Origin: Candidatus Xenobia bacterium
Lineage (GTDB): Bacteria > Vulcanimicrobiota > Xenobia > Xenobiales > QWHO01
Reading direction: 5' to 3'
Assembly (NCBI GenBank): GCA_045863235.1
Contig: BTUM01000014.1
Coordinates: forward strand, 32,001-96,000
Length of the DNA: 64,000 nucleotides
Position 1 is the stretch's first letter; each line of letters opens with the position of its first letter. The notes under the pieces are model-generated. The model was given only the letters and a program-made list of their open reading frames with translations. It was not told where the DNA came from and did no database searches. Below are positions 60,661-64,000 of the stretch, one piece after another. The position numbers and the translations under genes were made by a program.

Positions 60661-61329
60661 ATGGTAGAGCTCGAGGTGAACAAGACGACACAAGTTCTGA
60701 TCGTCGACGACCATCGCATGGTTCGCGAGGGTCTGCGGGCTCTGCTCGCCTCCGAGGATGACATCGAGATTGTCGGAGAGGCCTCTAGCGGCGAGGAGGC
60801 GCTCGAACGGGTCCGAGAGCTGATGCCGGACGTCGTGGTGATGGACCTGCAAATGCCTGGCATCGGAGGACTGGAAGCCATTCGCCGGGTCAAGGACCTC
60901 TCCCCGGCCACCTCCATCGTGGTCCTCACCGTTGACAACGCCGAGCTGGTTCTACTGGAAGCGATCCGAGCCGGAGCAGCCGGTTACGTGCTCAAGGATG
61001 CCTCGGCCGAGCTCTTGCTCCAGTCCATCCGGCTGATCAAGGAAGGCGGCACGCTGTTGCCCAACGACCTTCTGGTCAAGGCGCTGCGCGGCGTGACGAT
61101 TCGCGGACCGCGCCAGGACCGGCCCCCGGAGTTCGAGCAGCTGACCCCTCGCGAGCAGGAGGTGCTGCTACTGGTAGCCCGGGGAATGGGCAACCAGGAG
61201 ATCGCCGAGTCGCTCAGCCTCTCCAAGGTCACCGCCAAGAAGTACGTGCACAATATCTTGCGCAAACTGCAAGTTTCCGACCGTACCCAGGCAGCTCTGA
61301 TGGCTGTGCGGCTGGGCTTGACCGACTGA
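60661..61329 (+). CDS. NarL/LuxR-family response regulator
   Basis: VLIVDDH, DVVVMD and GYVLK receiver motifs; LTPREQEVL HTH. Confidence 0.93.
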   Translation: MVELEVNKTTQVLIVDDHRMVREGLRALLASEDDIEIVGEASSGEEALERVRELMPDVVVMDLQMPGIGGLEAIRRVKDLSPATSIVVLTVDNAELVLLEAIRAGAAGYVLKDASAELLLQSIRLIKEGGTLLPNDLLVKALRGVTIRGPRQDRPPEFEQLTPREQEVLLLVARGMGNQEIAESLSLSKVTAKKYVHNILRKLQVSDRTQAALMAVRLGLTD

Positions 61330-61402
61330 ACTTCCAGGGCGAGCTTTCTCCCCCACCGCCACCCATGGATCCCAAGGGTTCCCCTCATTGACCCCAAGGT
61401 GA

Positions 61403-61408
61403 TATAAT
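61403..61408 (+). promoter_or_regulatory. Extended -10 element of the right-hand pilin operon
   Basis: TGa-TATAAT about 30 nt before the ATG; no good -35. Confidence 0.5.
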
Positions 61409-61439
61409 CGGGCTCAACTGAGTAACCCAAGGGGGATCC

Positions 61440-61871
61440 ATGAGAGTCCGAAAGCGCGGATTCAGCCTGATTGAAGTGCTGATCGCCATGGTTGTCCTGG
61501 CCGTCGCCTTCCTGGCGCTGATTCAAATCTTTCCCAGTGCCTACCTGACGGTCTATCGAAGTAAGGACCAGCTGGTGGCCGTGCAACTGGCCCAATGCTA
61601 CATGGACGAGACCCGGGCCATACCCTACGGGCAGATGGCCTCCTCGGCCCAGTACGACATCCCCGTCGAAAGTGTCATGAACGACGTGACCACCAGGGTG
61701 ACCTACCACGTGGTGGTGGATGTGTCGCCCGCCTCGCCCGCCGGAGTCCCCCTGGCCGATTCCGATCTGGCTCGCATCCGGGTTTCGGTGCAGTGGCCCC
61801 AGAAGAGCGCCTCGGGCTTCGTGATGCTGCGCAGTGTGCGGGCCGAGTCGAGCCGGCTGAGAGATTCTTGA
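61440..61871 (+). CDS. Prepilin-type minor pilin (PilV-like)
   Basis: RKRG^FSLIEVLIA and IRVSVQW. Confidence 0.82.
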   Translation: MRVRKRGFSLIEVLIAMVVLAVAFLALIQIFPSAYLTVYRSKDQLVAVQLAQCYMDETRAIPYGQMASSAQYDIPVESVMNDVTTRVTYHVVVDVSPASPAGVPLADSDLARIRVSVQWPQKSASGFVMLRSVRAESSRLRDS

Positions 61872-61872
61872 G

Positions 61873-62616
61873 ATGAGGAAAAGAACCGGTTTCTCGCTCA
61901 TCGAGCTGGCCATCTACAGCTCCCTGGTCCTGATGCTGATGGCCATCATCATCCCGATGTACCTGGCCTGTCGTCGCTACTTCGAGATCTCCAGGGCCTC
62001 CGTCGGGGTTCAACAGGCGGCCAACCTGGCCGCCTACCGACTCAATCTCGAACTGATGGAGAGCAGCCCTTCCTCGGTGGAATTCTATCCTCGGCCCAGC
62101 GACCCGAGCGCGCCTGTAGGGGTGGTGTTCTTGTCGGCGCGGGGCAACGATCGACACTTCACCATCGACCCGACGACCGGAACTCCTTCGTGGCAGCGGG
62201 TGGTGGGCTACTACCTGGATACCGACCCCATGTACCCCACCAACTCGCAGGTGCGAGCGCTCTACCGGGCCGAGCTCGTCCCCAACGGCTTTCCTCGCAG
62301 CGACGGGGTCGCCCCTTCGACGCTCAACCCCAGAGTCACCACCGAAACGCTTCGGACCAATGGTATCAATCGAAGGCTGATCGCCCACGACGTGCTTGCT
62401 CCCGCCGCTGCGGGTGACCACGGTGGCTTCGATATGTTTGCCAGCGACCAGAATCCCTGGACGACGCCCGGATTCGTGCCCAATTATGCCAACTCGGGCC
62501 CGCGCGTCTATCTGCGCATGAGAATGTTCAACAACACCTCGGGAGTGGCCAGCGTGTCCACTCGCCGAGTCGTCAACCAGGTCGAGACGCGCAGCTCGAT
62601 CTTCATTCGCGGCTGA
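61873..62616 (+). CDS. Prepilin-type minor pilin (PilW-like)
   Basis: RKRTG^FSLIELAI. Confidence 0.8.
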   Translation: MRKRTGFSLIELAIYSSLVLMLMAIIIPMYLACRRYFEISRASVGVQQAANLAAYRLNLELMESSPSSVEFYPRPSDPSAPVGVVFLSARGNDRHFTIDPTTGTPSWQRVVGYYLDTDPMYPTNSQVRALYRAELVPNGFPRSDGVAPSTLNPRVTTETLRTNGINRRLIAHDVLAPAAAGDHGGFDMFASDQNPWTTPGFVPNYANSGPRVYLRMRMFNNTSGVASVSTRRVVNQVETRSSIFIRG

Positions 62617-62632
62617 CCGGAGGGCCACAGAA

Positions 62633-63979
62633 ATGACAAGATCGCGTGGAATTGCACTGGCGATGACCCTGGTGGTCATCCTGGTGATCTCGGTGGTGGC
62701 GGGAGCCATCGTGCTGCTCGGCGTGAGCAACCAGGCCCAGATCGGGCAGAACCAGCAGGAGACCTTGCTCCTGCACATCGCCGATGGGGGTGTGCACGAG
62801 GCCATGGCAGCCATCTATGCCAACCCCGCCTACCAGTCGGACGGCTCGGGGCAGTACACCACCAACCTGGTCAACGCCAACTACTGGTGGACGTTTAACA
62901 ACAACGGCACGGGGCCCTGGTGCGTGAACAACATGAACGGGACCACCACAGTGAATGGCCCGAGCCCGGCTGGGGGCACCCCGGTCCAGGTCCCCCCGGG
63001 CACCGCCTTCATCGTGGTGAGCGCCTCAGCCGGTGGAGTTAACGGGCCGGCTCCGGTGCGGGTGGCTTCCATCGTGACCAGCGTCTATCCCTACGGCATG
63101 GCTTCAGACGGAAAGATCCTGATCAACGCCTTCCGGGGCGCAAACGCTCCCGGCTCGATCCGATCCAACCTGGTCGGCGGCAATCCCAACATCGACATTC
63201 GCACCACCCTGAGCGGCACGGCGATCTCGCGCGACGGGGAAGGCAGTATCACCGGCACCGGGGGAACCAAGCTGTTCAACCAGCCCCCGGTCGGCATTCC
63301 CAACATCCCGATCGATCAGATCGTGGCCAGTTGGGGCAGGACCACCGGTCCCTATCCCCACGGCGGGCCAGCCACCTACCGGGTGAACAGCTCGGTCGAC
63401 TTCAGCGGCAACCCGCCCAACCGGATCATCCTCGGGCCGCCGGTCAACCAGACCGTCAACGCTCCCCCTCCCGGACAGGAGGTCACGATTTACGTGGACG
63501 GCAACCTGACCTTGCAACATGCCACCCTCCCTAAAGGGGTGCACCTCTTCGTCAGAGGCGACCTGCGCTCCAACGGCCAGCTCGAAACGGTCAACTCGGC
63601 ACCCGTTCAGCCCCATCCCTCGGCCCAGATCGATCCCAACTCGAACTATGTCTTCGTGGGAGGCAGCACCACCACCAACGGAGCCAGCGGCCCCAACCTG
63701 ATGCTCTTCTCCACGGGAGACATTCGCTACAACGGCAACACCACCGGTCTGACCGGTTTCATGTATGTCCGCAACGGCAACATGACTTTGAACGGTCGGG
63801 GAACCTTTCAAGGAATCGCTCTGGTGAGAACCAATCCCGGCTCGACCAACGGGAACGTCACGGCACGGAACGTCGAAGTGATCTTTGACCCTACCAGACT
63901 GCCCGAGATGGTCCCCTTCGGGGTCAACATCCCCACCCCCATGCGAGCCCTATCGTGGTGGGTGTGGAGCCGGAAGTAG
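62633..63979 (+). CDS. PilX-like protein with Asn/Gly-rich beta-solenoid
   Basis: SRG^IALAMTL lacking Glu+5; IYVDGNL, LFVRGDL and MYVRNGN strands. Confidence 0.75.
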   Translation: MTRSRGIALAMTLVVILVISVVAGAIVLLGVSNQAQIGQNQQETLLLHIADGGVHEAMAAIYANPAYQSDGSGQYTTNLVNANYWWTFNNNGTGPWCVNNMNGTTTVNGPSPAGGTPVQVPPGTAFIVVSASAGGVNGPAPVRVASIVTSVYPYGMASDGKILINAFRGANAPGSIRSNLVGGNPNIDIRTTLSGTAISRDGEGSITGTGGTKLFNQPPVGIPNIPIDQIVASWGRTTGPYPHGGPATYRVNSSVDFSGNPPNRIILGPPVNQTVNAPPPGQEVTIYVDGNLTLQHATLPKGVHLFVRGDLRSNGQLETVNSAPVQPHPSAQIDPNSNYVFVGGSTTTNGASGPNLMLFSTGDIRYNGNTTGLTGFMYVRNGNMTLNGRGTFQGIALVRTNPGSTNGNVTARNVEVIFDPTRLPEMVPFGVNIPTPMRALSWWVWSRK

Positions 63980-64000
63980 CCCCCGAAGGATAAAACAAAA

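Noticed and set aside
63981..63992. CCCCGAAGGATA matching the reverse strand of family 2
   Set aside because: Only 12 nt at the window edge; cannot be confirmed.

Overview
High-GC bacterial chromosomal window, densely coding, with about 55 CDSs and one tRNA-Arg(CCT). No integrase, transposase, rRNA or CRISPR array was seen. The gene mix is Terrabacteria-like: the Firmicutes-type mcsA-mcsB-clpC...radA...PIN/TRAM-ispD backbone, rny-ymdB, homodimeric aceE-aceF, and many prepilin-like genes. This suggests a lineage such as Eremiobacterota/WPS-2 (inference only). The strongest unexplained signal is a ~750-nt non-coding minus-strand unit at 22610->21857, directly upstream of radA. It has a sigma70-type promoter positioned to start at the first base of an 11-bp terminal helix, five nested long-range helices, many hairpins with GNRA/UNCG loops, and a U9 tail. 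It is a candidate large ornate ncRNA that I cannot assign to a known family. Also notable: a second ~280-nt structured RNA candidate before a NarL regulator, two families of dispersed intergenic repeats, a STAND-like ATPase-cyclase fusion with atypical catalytic residues, a shared N-terminal D/E-x-V-D/E-L/F-S motif on unrelated proteins, and twin divergent minor-pilin triplets. Start codons were refined by eye and are approximate.
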